Positions 10,000 to 21,498 of a stretch of 64,000 bases of DNA are shown piece after piece. Both the position numbers and the translations under genes were made by a program. This DNA is from Candidatus Eiseniibacteriota bacterium (GTDB taxonomy: Bacteria; Eisenbacteria; RBG-16-71-46). The stretch lies in assembly GCA_963744995.1 (NCBI GenBank), contig CAVUWA010000004.1:64001-128000 (forward strand), given 5' to 3'. Under the pieces are notes generated by a model. The model made no database searches. It saw nothing but the letters and a program-made list of their open reading frames with translations, and was not told where the DNA came from. The first letter of the stretch is position 1. Each line of letters opens with the position of its first letter.

Positions 10000-11504
10000 G
10001 CGGGCCGCGAAGTCTTCATGAACGTGAGCAGGTCCTTCTGCAGCTTCGCCAGCGACGGCTTGTGCACGTACATCATGTGGCCGGCCTCGTAGTAGGCCAT
10101 CGACACGTTGGCGCGCAGCGACGGATCGAGCCCCAGGTGATCGAAGGTGTACTCGGTCGCGAGGAACGGCGTCGCCAGATCGAAGTAGCCGTTGGCGACG
10201 AACACCTTGAGGTGCGGATTCATGGCGATCGCCTTGCGCAGCGTGTCGGCGACCTCGACGAAGCGGTTCTCGTGATCGTCGAAGCGCCACGCCTCGTGCG
10301 TCTTCATGCTGAGGATCTCGTACGGCAGATCGCTCTCGTAGCCGAGTTCGCGGCGAATGTAGTCGTTGAAGGTGGCGGCGTAGGGGCCCATGGTCGCCGA
10401 CATGCTCGGATCCTGCTCGAACTGCTCGCCGGCCGAGTCGCGATCGACGCCGGTGAAGCGGCTGTCGAGCCGGCCGACCGTGCGGCGCTTCGCGCGCAGC
10501 AGCTCCTTGGTGAAGCGCATGATCTCGATGCGCAGGTTGCTGCGCTCCACGTAGTCGGCCGAAAGGCCCGTGTAGCGCGCGACCTGCGCCGCGATCTTTG
10601 CCCGCTCCTTCGCCGGCAGGGCGTCCCCTTTGAGCAGTGCGGTCGCGTAGGGACCGAGCGCAAAGTCGGTTGCCTCCTTCACCGTGGCCTGCAGGTTCTT
10701 CTGCAGCTTCGCGTCCAGGCACTTGTGATACCAGGCGGTCGCGGCGTAGCTCGGCAGATAGACGATGTACGGCACGTCGTTGGTCGGCAGGAAGAACAGC
10801 GTCTGGAAGTCGAGTACCGACGACACCAGCATGAGCCCGTTGAGGTACATGCCGTGCCTTTCCTGAAGGTAGCCGGAAAGCCCGGCGGCGCGGGTCGTGC
10901 CGTAGCTCTCGCCGATCAGGAACTTGGGCGAGGCCCAGCGCCGGTAGCGCGAGGTGTAGAGGCGGATGAAGTCGCCGACCGACTCGATGTCCTTCTTGAA
11001 GGTGTGGAACTGCTTGCCCTTCTCGCCGACCACGGCGCGGCTGTAGCCCGTGCCGACCGGGTCGATGAACACCAGATCGGTGTCGACCAGCAGCGTGAAC
11101 TCGTTGTCGGTCAGCCGGGCAGGAGGGGCCAGCGGCTCGCCGGCGTCGCCCATCTCCACGCGCCGGGGGCCGAGCACGCCCAGATGCAGCCACACCGATG
11201 ACGAGCCGGGGCCGCCGTTGAACGAAAAGGTCACCGGCCGCTGCGCGGGATCGCCCGCGTCCTGGAGCGTGTAGGCGACGAAGAATACCGAAGCGCGCGC
11301 CTTCTCGCCCTCGGACTCGCCGTCGCGCTCTTTCGCCTCGGCCTCTTCGCGCAGCACGATCGTGCCGGTCGTGACCGAATAGGACAGCTCGCGGCGTCCG
11401 ACGCGGATGGTGTGGTGGGTGGTGACGACCCGATCCGTGGGATCCGGGCGCGCGGCCTCACGGGCGCCCGCAGGAGCGCCTGGCGACTCGGTCTTCTCGG
11501 TCAT
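9996..11504 (-). CDS. S10 family serine carboxypeptidase
   Basis: FSFNGGPGSSS, FIDPVGTGYS, GESYG nucleophile, YEAGHMMY. Confidence 0.92.
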   Translation of the reverse strand: MTEKTESPGAPAGAREAARPDPTDRVVTTHHTIRVGRRELSYSVTTGTIVLREEAEAKERDGESEGEKARASVFFVAYTLQDAGDPAQRPVTFSFNGGPGSSSVWLHLGVLGPRRVEMGDAGEPLAPPARLTDNEFTLLVDTDLVFIDPVGTGYSRAVVGEKGKQFHTFKKDIESVGDFIRLYTSRYRRWASPKFLIGESYGTTRAAGLSGYLQERHGMYLNGLMLVSSVLDFQTLFFLPTNDVPYIVYLPSYAATAWYHKCLDAKLQKNLQATVKEATDFALGPYATALLKGDALPAKERAKIAAQVARYTGLSADYVERSNLRIEIMRFTKELLRAKRRTVGRLDSRFTGVDRDSAGEQFEQDPSMSATMGPYAATFNDYIRRELGYESDLPYEILSMKTHEAWRFDDHENRFVEVADTLRKAIAMNPHLKVFVANGYFDLATPFLATEYTFDHLGLDPSLRANVSMAYYEAGHMMYVHKPSLAKLQKDLLTFMKTSRPA

Positions 11505-11716
11505 GGGGGACTCCGGGATTTCGAAAGGAAAGGCGGCCTCGATGCCCGGCAGAATACACGGGGCGGCCGCCGAGCGCTCGCGGGCGGGCACGAACGCGGC
11601 GGGCCGGGCGGCCGGCGCGCTCCGCAACGGCGTGCAAAGACCGCGGGACCCGGCGCCCGGATGATCGGGCGAGTGGGCGGGGCCGGTCGCGCAGCGACCC
11701 GCCCGGACGCCCGTGT

Positions 11717-12067
11717 TCAGGCGACCGCGCGGTCTCCCGTGGCCAGCGCGCGAAGCGCCGCCGCCCGATCGGGGAACAGGCGCACCGCCTCGCAGAGCGC
11801 CGTGCGCTCGAGCAGCAGCCGGTGCGAGCTTTGCGCGCCGCACAGCACGATCTCGCCGCCGTGCTCGTGCGCCACGCGCTGGGCGTGGGCCAGAATGCCC
11901 AGACCGTGCGCGGTCAACTGCCCGGTGGCCGAGAGATCGACGACGATGCGGCGCCCGCACTCCGCGAGCTGGACGAGCACCCGCTCCATGGCCTCGCTCT
12001 CATGCGATTCCCACAGATTTCCCCGGGGTTCGAGGAGGCTGATGTGGTTCAACTCGTGGGCCGTCAT
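11717..12067 (-). CDS. STAS domain protein (anti-sigma factor antagonist-like)
   Basis: 116 aa; LEPRGNL..RIVVDLS..GLGIL..GGEIVLCG; GGAGG SD upstream. Confidence 0.75.
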   Translation of the reverse strand: MTAHELNHISLLEPRGNLWESHESEAMERVLVQLAECGRRIVVDLSATGQLTAHGLGILAHAQRVAHEHGGEIVLCGAQSSHRLLLERTALCEAVRLFPDRAAALRALATGDRAVA

Positions 12068-12308
12068 GTCCGCATCCTCCGTTCCTGGTGTTCCGTTTCC
12101 GCTGTGACCGACACCCGACTAGACGGATGAAGCGGGGGAAAGGTTGCATTGCATCTACGGACGCGGCCGTGCAATCCACCAGCGCGAGCGTGATGAAACC
12201 GCGTTCTGCGGGAGCGCCGGGGCGGGACCCCGAACGTCAGGAAACCGACAACGGAGTCCGGGCCCCGGGCCGGCGGCGGCAGGGGCGGCTGCGCCGCGCA
12301 GCCGGGCC

Positions 12309-12336
12309 TTGACTCCGGCCGGGTATGGATTACATT
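12309..12336 (+). promoter_or_regulatory. Putative sigma70 promoter for the rsgA leader
   Basis: TTGACT-N16-TACATT in an otherwise GC-rich intergenic region. Confidence 0.5.
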
Positions 12337-12392
12337 CCGCCGGTCGCGCACCCGCATGGAGCGGGCGCGCCGAACGACGGAGGGAGCGAACC

Positions 12393-12449
12393 ATGGCAGC
12401 CATTGATCCCGCCATCCGTGCGCCACGTCCCTTCCGCCAGCCCGCCTAG
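12393..12449 (+). CDS. Putative leader peptide MAAIDPAIRAPRPFRQPA upstream of rsgA
   Basis: GGAGGGAG SD, 18 codons, immediately followed by a terminator-like hairpin. Confidence 0.5.
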   Translation: MAAIDPAIRAPRPFRQPA

Positions 12450-12466
12450 CGCCCTTTCGCGCCACC

Positions 12467-12496
12467 GCCGCTCCGGAAGGAGCGGCCTTCTTTGTT
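12467..12496 (+). terminator. Putative attenuator terminator in the rsgA leader
   Basis: GCCGCTCC-ggaa-GGAGCGGC stem-loop followed by CTTCTTTGTT. Confidence 0.6.
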
Positions 12497-12588
12497 GCCG
12501 CCCGCGACGTGCCGCACGCCGCCCGATCCGACCACGGGCGCGCCCGATCGCGCCATGCGACGCATTCCTGAGCGAAAGGCCATACGTC

Positions 12589-13656
12589 ATGTCAATGCAG
12601 TCACTGGGCTGGAACGAACACTGGGCCACGACGTTCGCGCCGCGGGCCGCGGCAGGCATCCGCCCCGCGCGTGTGGCGCGCGAGGACCGCGGGCGCTACC
12701 GGGTGCTGAGCGAAGCCGGCGAGCGCGGGGCCGAACTGGCCGGCCGCATGCGCCACGAGGCCCGCACGCGGCTCGACCTGCCGGCGGTGGGCGACTGGGT
12801 GGCCGTCCGCGACGGCGGTGACAGCGATGTCGTCGTCGCCCTGCTGCCGCGCCGCACCGCGTTCGTGCGCAAGGTCGCGGGCGACACGACCGAGCAGCAG
12901 ATCGTCGCCGCGAACGTGGACACGGTGTTCGTGGTGATGGGGCTCGACGAGAACTTCAACCTGCGTCGCCTCGAGCGCTACCTGACCGCTTCGTGGGAGA
13001 GCGGCGCCACGCCGGTCGTGGTGCTCAACAAGCGCGATCTCGTCGAGGATCCCGAGGCGGCCATTGCCGAGACCGAAGCCGTGGCGGCCGGTGCCGCGGT
13101 CGTCGCCGTGTCGGCGCTCGGGGAGGGGACGCTGGAAGCGCTCGCCGCCTGGCTGCGCCCGGGGCGCACGGTCGCGCTGCTCGGCTCGTCGGGGGTCGGC
13201 AAGAGCACGCTGGTGAACGCGCTGCTCGGCGCCGAGCGGCTGGAGACGGGCGCCGTCCGCGCGGCGGATGCGCGCGGGCGGCACACGACCACCCGGCGCG
13301 AGCTCGTGCCCATCGAGGGCGGTGCGGTGCTGATCGACACCCCCGGCATGCGGGAGCTGCAGCTCTGGGGCGACGAGTCGGGCACCGCCTCGACGTTCCC
13401 GGAGATCATGGCGCTGGCTGCGGCGTGCCGGTTCACCGACTGCCGTCACGATCACGAGCCCGGCTGCGCCGTGCGCGCGGCGCTGGCGGACGGTTCGCTC
13501 GACGAGGCGCGCTTCGAGTCGTGGCAGAAGCTGCAGAAGGAGCTGCGCTGGCTCGAGGTCAGGAGCGATGCGCGCGCCCGGGCGGCGGAAACCGCGAAGT
13601 GGAAGGCCATTCACAAGTCGATGAAACATCACCCCAAGGCGAGGAGGTGGCGATGA
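12589..13656 (+). CDS. rsgA: Ribosome small subunit-dependent GTPase A
   Basis: Circularly permuted GTPase order NKRD..GSSGVGKS..GRHTT..DTPG; CRFTDCRHDHEPGC zinc finger. Confidence 0.95.
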   Translation: MSMQSLGWNEHWATTFAPRAAAGIRPARVAREDRGRYRVLSEAGERGAELAGRMRHEARTRLDLPAVGDWVAVRDGGDSDVVVALLPRRTAFVRKVAGDTTEQQIVAANVDTVFVVMGLDENFNLRRLERYLTASWESGATPVVVLNKRDLVEDPEAAIAETEAVAAGAAVVAVSALGEGTLEALAAWLRPGRTVALLGSSGVGKSTLVNALLGAERLETGAVRAADARGRHTTTRRELVPIEGGAVLIDTPGMRELQLWGDESGTASTFPEIMALAAACRFTDCRHDHEPGCAVRAALADGSLDEARFESWQKLQKELRWLEVRSDARARAAETAKWKAIHKSMKHHPKARRWR

Positions 13657-14414
13657 ACGAACCCGATTACGTGCGCGCGAATCGTGCGGCGTGGAACGCA
13701 TTCGCGCCCGAGTACGTCGCGAACGCCGAACGCAACTGGGCGGGCGAGCCGGTGTGGGGCATCTGGGACATCCCGGAGGCCGAGGCCCGCCTGCTGCCGG
13801 AGGATCTGGAGGGAAAGCGCGTGCTCGAGGACGGCTGCGGCACGGGCTATGTCTCGGCGTGGCTCGCGCGTCGCGGGGCGCGGCCGGTGGGGCTCGACAA
13901 CTCGGCGGCGCAACTCGCGACCGCGAAGCGGATGCGCGAGCGGCACCGCTTGCCCGTTCCATTGCTGCAGGGCATCGCCGAGCGGCTGCCGTTCCGCGAC
14001 GCGAGCTTCGATCTGGTGATCTCCGAATACGGCGCCGCGATCTGGTCGGACCCGTATCGGTGGATTCCCGAGGCAGCGCGGGTCCTCAGGCCCGGCGGCG
14101 AGCTGATCTTCCTGGGGAACTCGACCCTGCTCATGCTCTGCATGCACGATGACGAGGATCAGCCTGCCACAGAAGCACTTCGCCGTCCGGCCTTCGGCAT
14201 GCACCGGTTCGAATGGCCGGGCGAGCCCGAGGTCGAATTCCACCTGACCCACGGCGACTGGATCCGGGTGCTGCGCTCGAACGGCTTCGAGGTCACGGAT
14301 CTCCTCGAGCTGCGGCCGCCGGAACACGCGACCACGCGCTATCCGTTCGTGACGCTCGAATGGTCGAGGCAGTGGCCGTGCGAGGAGGTGTGGAAGGCGA
14401 CCAGGAAAGGCTGA
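13653..14414 (+). CDS. Class I SAM-dependent methyltransferase
   Basis: VLEDGCGTG, LPFRDASFDLV, RVLRPGG; ATGA overlap with rsgA. Confidence 0.9.
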   Translation: MNEPDYVRANRAAWNAFAPEYVANAERNWAGEPVWGIWDIPEAEARLLPEDLEGKRVLEDGCGTGYVSAWLARRGARPVGLDNSAAQLATAKRMRERHRLPVPLLQGIAERLPFRDASFDLVISEYGAAIWSDPYRWIPEAARVLRPGGELIFLGNSTLLMLCMHDDEDQPATEALRRPAFGMHRFEWPGEPEVEFHLTHGDWIRVLRSNGFEVTDLLELRPPEHATTRYPFVTLEWSRQWPCEEVWKATRKG

Positions 14415-14548
14415 TGCGCAGCGCGCGGCGGCGGGCCTCCGCGGTTGGCGTTCCCCGGGCACGGGCACGGCCGGCGTCGCCCGTCACGGCCGCCGGCGGG
14501 CCGCGTGCGACCGGTTCACGGGCCCGATCGGGACCGTGCCGCGCATGA

Positions 14549-15055
14549 TCAGTTCGTGCGGAAATTCCCGAACTTGAGCTCCACGCCGAAATCCCGATCC
14601 TTGAGCAGTTGCATCACGCCCTGCAGGTCGTCCTTGCTCGGCGAGGAGATGCGCACCGTGTCGCCCTGGATCGCCGCCTGCACCTTCTTGAGCTTGGCTT
14701 CCTTGATCGTCTTCGCGACCTCGCGCGCCATGTCGGCGGTGAGCCCGTCCTGAATCTCGATCACCTGCCGCACGCTGCTGGAAGCGGCGGGTTCGATCTT
14801 GCCGCGCTTCAAGTTCTTGAGCGGCACCTGCCGCCTGACCATCTTGCCCTGCAGAACGTCCCACATCGCGGTGAGCTTGAATTCGTCGGGCGCGGCGAGC
14901 GTGATCTTCTTCTCTTTCTGGTTGAGCTCGATCGAGACCTTGAGTCCCTTGAAATCGTAGCGCTGGGTGATCTCCTTGGTGGCCTGATCCACGGCGTTGT
15001 TCGCTTCCATGAAGTCGACGCCGGTCGTGACGTCGAACGAGCTGGTGCTGGCCAC
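14549..15055 (-). CDS. yajQ: YajQ family nucleotide/c-di-GMP-binding protein
   Basis: SFDV..EANNAVDQA.KEI..RYDFKG, KVQAAIQGDTVR, KDDLQ, FGNFR; GAGGAGG SD before GTG. Confidence 0.93.
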   Translation of the reverse strand: MASTSSFDVTTGVDFMEANNAVDQATKEITQRYDFKGLKVSIELNQKEKKITLAAPDEFKLTAMWDVLQGKMVRRQVPLKNLKRGKIEPAASSSVRQVIEIQDGLTADMAREVAKTIKEAKLKKVQAAIQGDTVRISSPSKDDLQGVMQLLKDRDFGVELKFGNFRTN

Positions 15056-15232
15056 AGTGTCCCTCCTCGGCCGGTGATTGCCCGCGACGGGCGGCACGCA
15101 GGCAGGCGAGCCTGCGACGCCCGTCATGCACGAAACGATCGTGTAGCATACACGGCCTGCAGTGCGTGCGGGAGCGGGCCGGGCGTTCGGCGCGCCGGCG
15201 GCGGGTCGCAGCGACCACGGGGGAGGGCGAGC

Positions 15233-16549
15233 ATGCGGAACGTCTGGATGGGCATCGTGACGGGAGCGATCGCGGTCGCGGCGATCGCTCCGTCCGCGGC
15301 GGCGGATCTCTCGGCCGGCGAGCGCGCGGTCGCCGAGCACGTGGATGCGCGCGTGCCGGCGAACGTCGCATTCCTCGAGCGGATCGTGAACGTCAACAGC
15401 GGCACCATGAACTTCGACGGCGTGCGGCAGGTGTCGGAGCTGGTGGCGCCCGAATTCGAGAAGCTCGGCTTCGAGACACGCTGGATCGACGGCGCGGACT
15501 GGAACAGGGCCGGGCACCTGATCGCGAAGCGCAAGGGGAAGAAGCACGCTCCGCACGTGCTGCTGATCGCCCACCTCGACACGGTGTTCGAACCCGAGAG
15601 TCCGTTCCAGACGTACGCGAAGGTGGACGAGACGCACGCGCGCGGCCCCGGCGTCGTGGACGACAAGGGCGGCATGGTGGTGATGCTCACCGCGCTCGGC
15701 GCGCTGGCGGACGCGCACGCGCTCGACGGCCTGGACGTGTCGGTCATGCTGAGCGGCGACGAGGAGAAGGCGGGCAGGCCGCGCGACCTGGCGCGCGCCG
15801 ATCTCCGGGCCATGGCCGCCGCGGCCGACGTCGCGATCGGCTTCGAGGACGGCGACGGCGACCCGAAGACCGCCGTCATCGCACGGCGCAGTTCGAGCGG
15901 CTGGCGGCTGTGGACGTCGGGGCGCGCGTACCATTCGTCGCAGATCTTCCGCGAGGACGTGGGCAGCGGTGCGATCTACGAGGCGGCGCGCATTCTCGAC
16001 GCGTTTCAGCGCGAGCTGCAGGAGCCCGACCTCACGTTCAACCCCGGGGTCATCGCGGGCGGCACGGCGGCGTTCCTGGGCACCGACGGCAATGCCACGG
16101 CGTTCGGCAAGACCAACGTCGTGGCCGAGAGCACCTTCGTCGCCGGCGATCTGCGCGCGCTGACGATCGGACAGCGCGATCGCGCGCAGGCGAAGATGAG
16201 CGCGATCGTCGCGCAGCATCTGCCGCAGACCTCGGCGGGCATCACGTTCACGCAGGGCTATCCGCCGCTCGAGCCGACCGACGGCAACCGGAGGCTCCTC
16301 CAACTCTTCGACGCCGCGAGCCGCGACCTTGGATTCGGCGAAGTGAGTGCCGTGGACCCCGCGCGCGCCGGCGCGGCCGATGTCTCCTTCACCAGCGAAC
16401 GTGTGGACGCCGCGCTCGACGGCGTGGGGCTCATGGGCCCCGGCGGACACACGGAGGAGGAGACCGCGGATCTCTCGACCCTGCCCGTGCAGGCGAAGCG
16501 GGTGGCGGTGATGCTGTTACGGATCGCTAAGGGCGGGCTGGCGAAGTAG
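15233..16549 (+). CDS. M20/M25/M40 family metallopeptidase (carboxypeptidase G2-like), secreted
   Basis: Signal peptide; AHLDTVF, GPGVVDDKGG, GDEE, GGHTEEE. Confidence 0.9.
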   Translation: MRNVWMGIVTGAIAVAAIAPSAAADLSAGERAVAEHVDARVPANVAFLERIVNVNSGTMNFDGVRQVSELVAPEFEKLGFETRWIDGADWNRAGHLIAKRKGKKHAPHVLLIAHLDTVFEPESPFQTYAKVDETHARGPGVVDDKGGMVVMLTALGALADAHALDGLDVSVMLSGDEEKAGRPRDLARADLRAMAAAADVAIGFEDGDGDPKTAVIARRSSSGWRLWTSGRAYHSSQIFREDVGSGAIYEAARILDAFQRELQEPDLTFNPGVIAGGTAAFLGTDGNATAFGKTNVVAESTFVAGDLRALTIGQRDRAQAKMSAIVAQHLPQTSAGITFTQGYPPLEPTDGNRRLLQLFDAASRDLGFGEVSAVDPARAGAADVSFTSERVDAALDGVGLMGPGGHTEEETADLSTLPVQAKRVAVMLLRIAKGGLAK

Positions 16550-16565
16550 CGCGGGTTCTTTTCCA

Positions 16566-16594
16566 TAGTCACATTGCGGCATCACGGATAGAAT
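16566..16594 (+). promoter_or_regulatory. Putative sigma70 promoter for the FG-GAP gene
   Basis: TAGTCA-N17-TAGAAT in an AT-richer intergenic stretch. Confidence 0.4.
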
Positions 16595-16626
16595 TTCCGA
16601 GTTCGCAGACCGCGAAATCACCCGGG

Positions 16627-16637
16627 CCCCCCCCCCC
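16627..16637 (+). repeat. C11 homopolymer in the FG-GAP gene leader
   Basis: Run of 11 C, the longest homopolymer noticed in the window. Confidence 0.8.
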
Positions 16638-16719
16638 AAAGCAGGCTGGACGAGGTCGCCCTCCCGGTGCTCACTGTTCTCCGGCCATCCCGTGTCGCTG
16701 TCATCCCTGGAGGCAGCCG

Positions 16720-19131
16720 ATGCAGCCGTTCCGCTCCCTGCTAGTGCTCGTCGTGATGCTCGTGGTGCCGGCGTTGAGCCATGCCGGACTGAGGTTCCGC
16801 CCGACCTTTACGGACTACAAGATCGGCTACGCCCCGTTGGACGCCGCCATCGCGGATCTCGACAGCGACGACATAGCCGACCTGGCGGTGCCCATCAGCG
16901 GCAGCGGCAGCGGTGTGGTGCTGATGAAGGGGCTGGGCGATGGGACGTTCACGGTGATGGACACTCTGGCGGTCAGCAGTCCGCGCAATATCGTTGCAGC
17001 CGATCTGAATGATGACAATAAGACGGATCTCATCCTGGTGGGATCCGGCGGCACGATGGTCTTTGTGGGCCACGGGGATCTGACCTTCGATCCGCCTGTG
17101 ACCTACGGTGCCGGCCTCGTCGGCATTCGGCTCGCCGTGGGCGACGTGAACGGCGACACGATTCCCGATATCGTGGCGTCTGACTCCCTGAATACGCTGA
17201 ACGTCCGCCCCGGCGTGGGGGACGGATCTTTCGGCGCTCCGCTGCCACTCACGATCTCAGGGTACGCGAACGGCGTGGCGATCGGCGACTTCGACGGGAA
17301 CGGGTTCGTGGACGTCGCGGCCGCGACGGCGGAGAGTGTGATGGTGTACAGACAGACCTCTGCGGGGACGTTCGCTCCACGGGTCTCCTATGCCAGCGCC
17401 TCCAAAGGGCTGGCCGCGGGCCTGATCGACGGCGACGCGCTTCCCGACCTGGTGCGCGGGGCATCGTGGCTGAAGAGCCACCTCGATGGGCCTCCCGATG
17501 CGCCGGTCAGCTTCGGTGCCGCAGAAGAGGAACTGGCAGGCGTGGCCGACCTCGATGGGGACGGGACCAGCGATGTCGTGGCATCCAGTGGACCGGGGGG
17601 CGAGTACTTCGTCGTCGTCCATCGCGGACTCGGCGGAGGCAGCTTCGACGTCCCCCGCCAGTACCGGACCGGAGCCGGAGTCGCCGGTCTAACTCTTGGT
17701 GACGTCGACGGGGACGGCCATGTCGACGTAGTGACCACGTGCTCGGGATTCGGTCAACTGGTGATTCATCCGGGCGCTGGCGACGGGACACTGCTGGCGC
17801 CTCCGGACCTTCCGATGCCTGGAGATCCGTGGCAAGTGGAGATCGCCGAGGTGACGGGCGACACCCATGCCGACGTGCTCGCCATCGCCACTTCGGCGGC
17901 GGTTCTTCGCATCTTTCCCGGCCGCGGCGACGGCTCTTTCGATACGCCGGTGGACCTCTCGACCCCGGCGGATCCAAGGCGCTTCGCGTTGGGAGACGTG
18001 AACGACGATGGGATCGCGGACCTGATCACTGCGAACGGGACGTCCAACAGCATTTCGGTCTTTCCTGGGACTGGTTCAGGCTTCGGCGCCCGTTCGGACT
18101 ACCCCATGCCTGCTGTTGTTCTCGACGTCGCGGTCGCGGATCTCGGTGGGGATCACGTCGGTGACGTTCTGGCGTGCGGGGGTGGATATCTGTCGGTCTT
18201 TCCGGGGCAGACCGCGGCAGGTCTGGGAACTCGTGTCGACTACACCGGGCCCGGCGATGCCTTGCGTGTGTTCGCCGGCCGGGTCGACGCCGATACGCTG
18301 CCGGACGTCGAAGTCCTCGACTACGGCGCTCCGGGCAAGTGGTGGAACTACCCTGGAACCGGAGGGGGGGTGCTCGGCACGCCGGCGAGCGTCACTGTCA
18401 GCGCGCTGGGGTCCTTCTATCCGGCCGAGTGGGGACTTGCAGCGGATCTCACCGGCGACGGCAAGCTGGATCTCCTCACGTCCAGCACGCTGGGACTCGC
18501 GATACTGGTGGGAAATGGTGACGGCACGTTCGACGCGCTGCCGGCTCAGACCACCACAACGATCGAGAGCCGGAACAGGGCGCTCCTCGTCGCGGATTTC
18601 GATGGTGACCTCTACCCGGATCTGTTCACCGCCAACTGGTTCACGGCTGCCGCCGCCGTCTACCACGGCGACGGCTCGGGCTATTTCCCGGTCGAGCGCG
18701 GATATGGAAGCAACGGGTTTCCTACGGACGTCGCGTTGGGTGACCTGGATGAGAACGGCATGGACGACGCGGCGGTCGCGAACGAGATCACGGCTTCGGT
18801 ATCCATCCTGCTGGATGCGACCGGCGCTTCGACGGCGGTGGATCCGCTGCCCGCGCGTGCGAACGCGCTCGCCTTTACACGCGTGTGGCCCGTCCCCAGA
18901 CTCGGCGGTCCGCTGCATGCGTCATTCGTGCTGCCGGGGCGCGGTGAGGCACGGCTCGATCTGTTGGATGTCGCCGGCCGGCGCGTGGCCGGCGAGCGAC
19001 TCGGCGTGCTGGAGGCAGGGGAGGGGAACGTGACGCTCGCGCTGCCCCGCACGCTGCGACCGGGCATCTACTGGCTGCGGCTCACCCACGGCGGGCGCGC
19101 GACGGCGGCGCGGGTGGCCGTGCTCAGGTAG
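16720..19131 (+). CDS. Secreted FG-GAP/VCBS repeat protein with a C-terminal FlgD-Ig/T9SS-like sorting domain
   Basis: Signal peptide; many DxxGDGxxD repeats with G(D)GTF turns; C-terminal LDLLDVAGRRV..PGIYWLRL. Confidence 0.9.
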   Translation: MQPFRSLLVLVVMLVVPALSHAGLRFRPTFTDYKIGYAPLDAAIADLDSDDIADLAVPISGSGSGVVLMKGLGDGTFTVMDTLAVSSPRNIVAADLNDDNKTDLILVGSGGTMVFVGHGDLTFDPPVTYGAGLVGIRLAVGDVNGDTIPDIVASDSLNTLNVRPGVGDGSFGAPLPLTISGYANGVAIGDFDGNGFVDVAAATAESVMVYRQTSAGTFAPRVSYASASKGLAAGLIDGDALPDLVRGASWLKSHLDGPPDAPVSFGAAEEELAGVADLDGDGTSDVVASSGPGGEYFVVVHRGLGGGSFDVPRQYRTGAGVAGLTLGDVDGDGHVDVVTTCSGFGQLVIHPGAGDGTLLAPPDLPMPGDPWQVEIAEVTGDTHADVLAIATSAAVLRIFPGRGDGSFDTPVDLSTPADPRRFALGDVNDDGIADLITANGTSNSISVFPGTGSGFGARSDYPMPAVVLDVAVADLGGDHVGDVLACGGGYLSVFPGQTAAGLGTRVDYTGPGDALRVFAGRVDADTLPDVEVLDYGAPGKWWNYPGTGGGVLGTPASVTVSALGSFYPAEWGLAADLTGDGKLDLLTSSTLGLAILVGNGDGTFDALPAQTTTTIESRNRALLVADFDGDLYPDLFTANWFTAAAAVYHGDGSGYFPVERGYGSNGFPTDVALGDLDENGMDDAAVANEITASVSILLDATGASTAVDPLPARANALAFTRVWPVPRLGGPLHASFVLPGRGEARLDLLDVAGRRVAGERLGVLEAGEGNVTLALPRTLRPGIYWLRLTHGGRATAARVAVLR

Positions 19132-19236
19132 CGGGGGTGGAATGGCGTGGGCGGAGCACTCGCCTGGAGTTTCCAGCCGATCGATGGCGCCGCCGCTGCT
19201 GACGAGTCCATAGGGGGCGTTCGGCGAGGAGGGGAC

Positions 19237-19530
19237 ATGAGAACTCCCACGGCCGCGGGACTCACGGCCCTGCTCCTGCTCGTGCTCACGTCAGCCGCCT
19301 GCGCGGAACCGCTGCTCCGCGCCGCGCGTTACGTCTACGGTTCGTTCGACGCTTCGGCGGCCGTGATCGCGGATCTGGATGAAGACGGGATTCCCGACGT
19401 GGCGTCCGGCGATACGCCCGCATCGCAGATCCGGCTGTTCAAGGGAGCGGGGGACGGCACGCTGGCAGCGGTATCTCCCCAGCGTGCCGGCGGGCGAACG
19501 GTCGCGACGCGGGTTGCGATCGTGAAGTAG
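19237..19530 (+). pseudogene. Internally deleted FG-GAP protein remnant (97 aa)
   Basis: Strong SD, signal peptide, one repeat (ADLDEDGIPD..GAGDGTL) joined directly to a C-terminal tail GGRTVATRVAIVK that resembles the upstream gene's GGRATAARVAVLR. Confidence 0.6.
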
Positions 19531-19545
19531 GTCGGAGGCGCTCGC

Positions 19546-19574
19546 AGGGGACGCCGCGAGGCGTCCCCTTCTTC
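19546..19574 (+). terminator. Intrinsic terminator
   Basis: AGGGGACGCC-gcga-GGCGTCCCCT then TCTTC, between convergent genes. Confidence 0.75.
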
Positions 19575-19614
19575 GTGGGCGGCTTCGGAGCGCCCGCAGC
19601 GGGGTGCGGCGGCC

Positions 19615-21498
<1,884 letters not shown>

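Noticed and set aside
12158..12173. GG-N10-GC spacing on the + strand as a sigma54 promoter
   Set aside because: It matches TGGCAC/TTGC poorly and is likely chance in GC-rich DNA.
12460..12495. TCCGGAAGGAGCGGC resembling the SRP RNA domain IV loop
   Set aside because: It lacks the CAGG/AGCAG internal loop and the long outer helix, and fits a simple terminator better.
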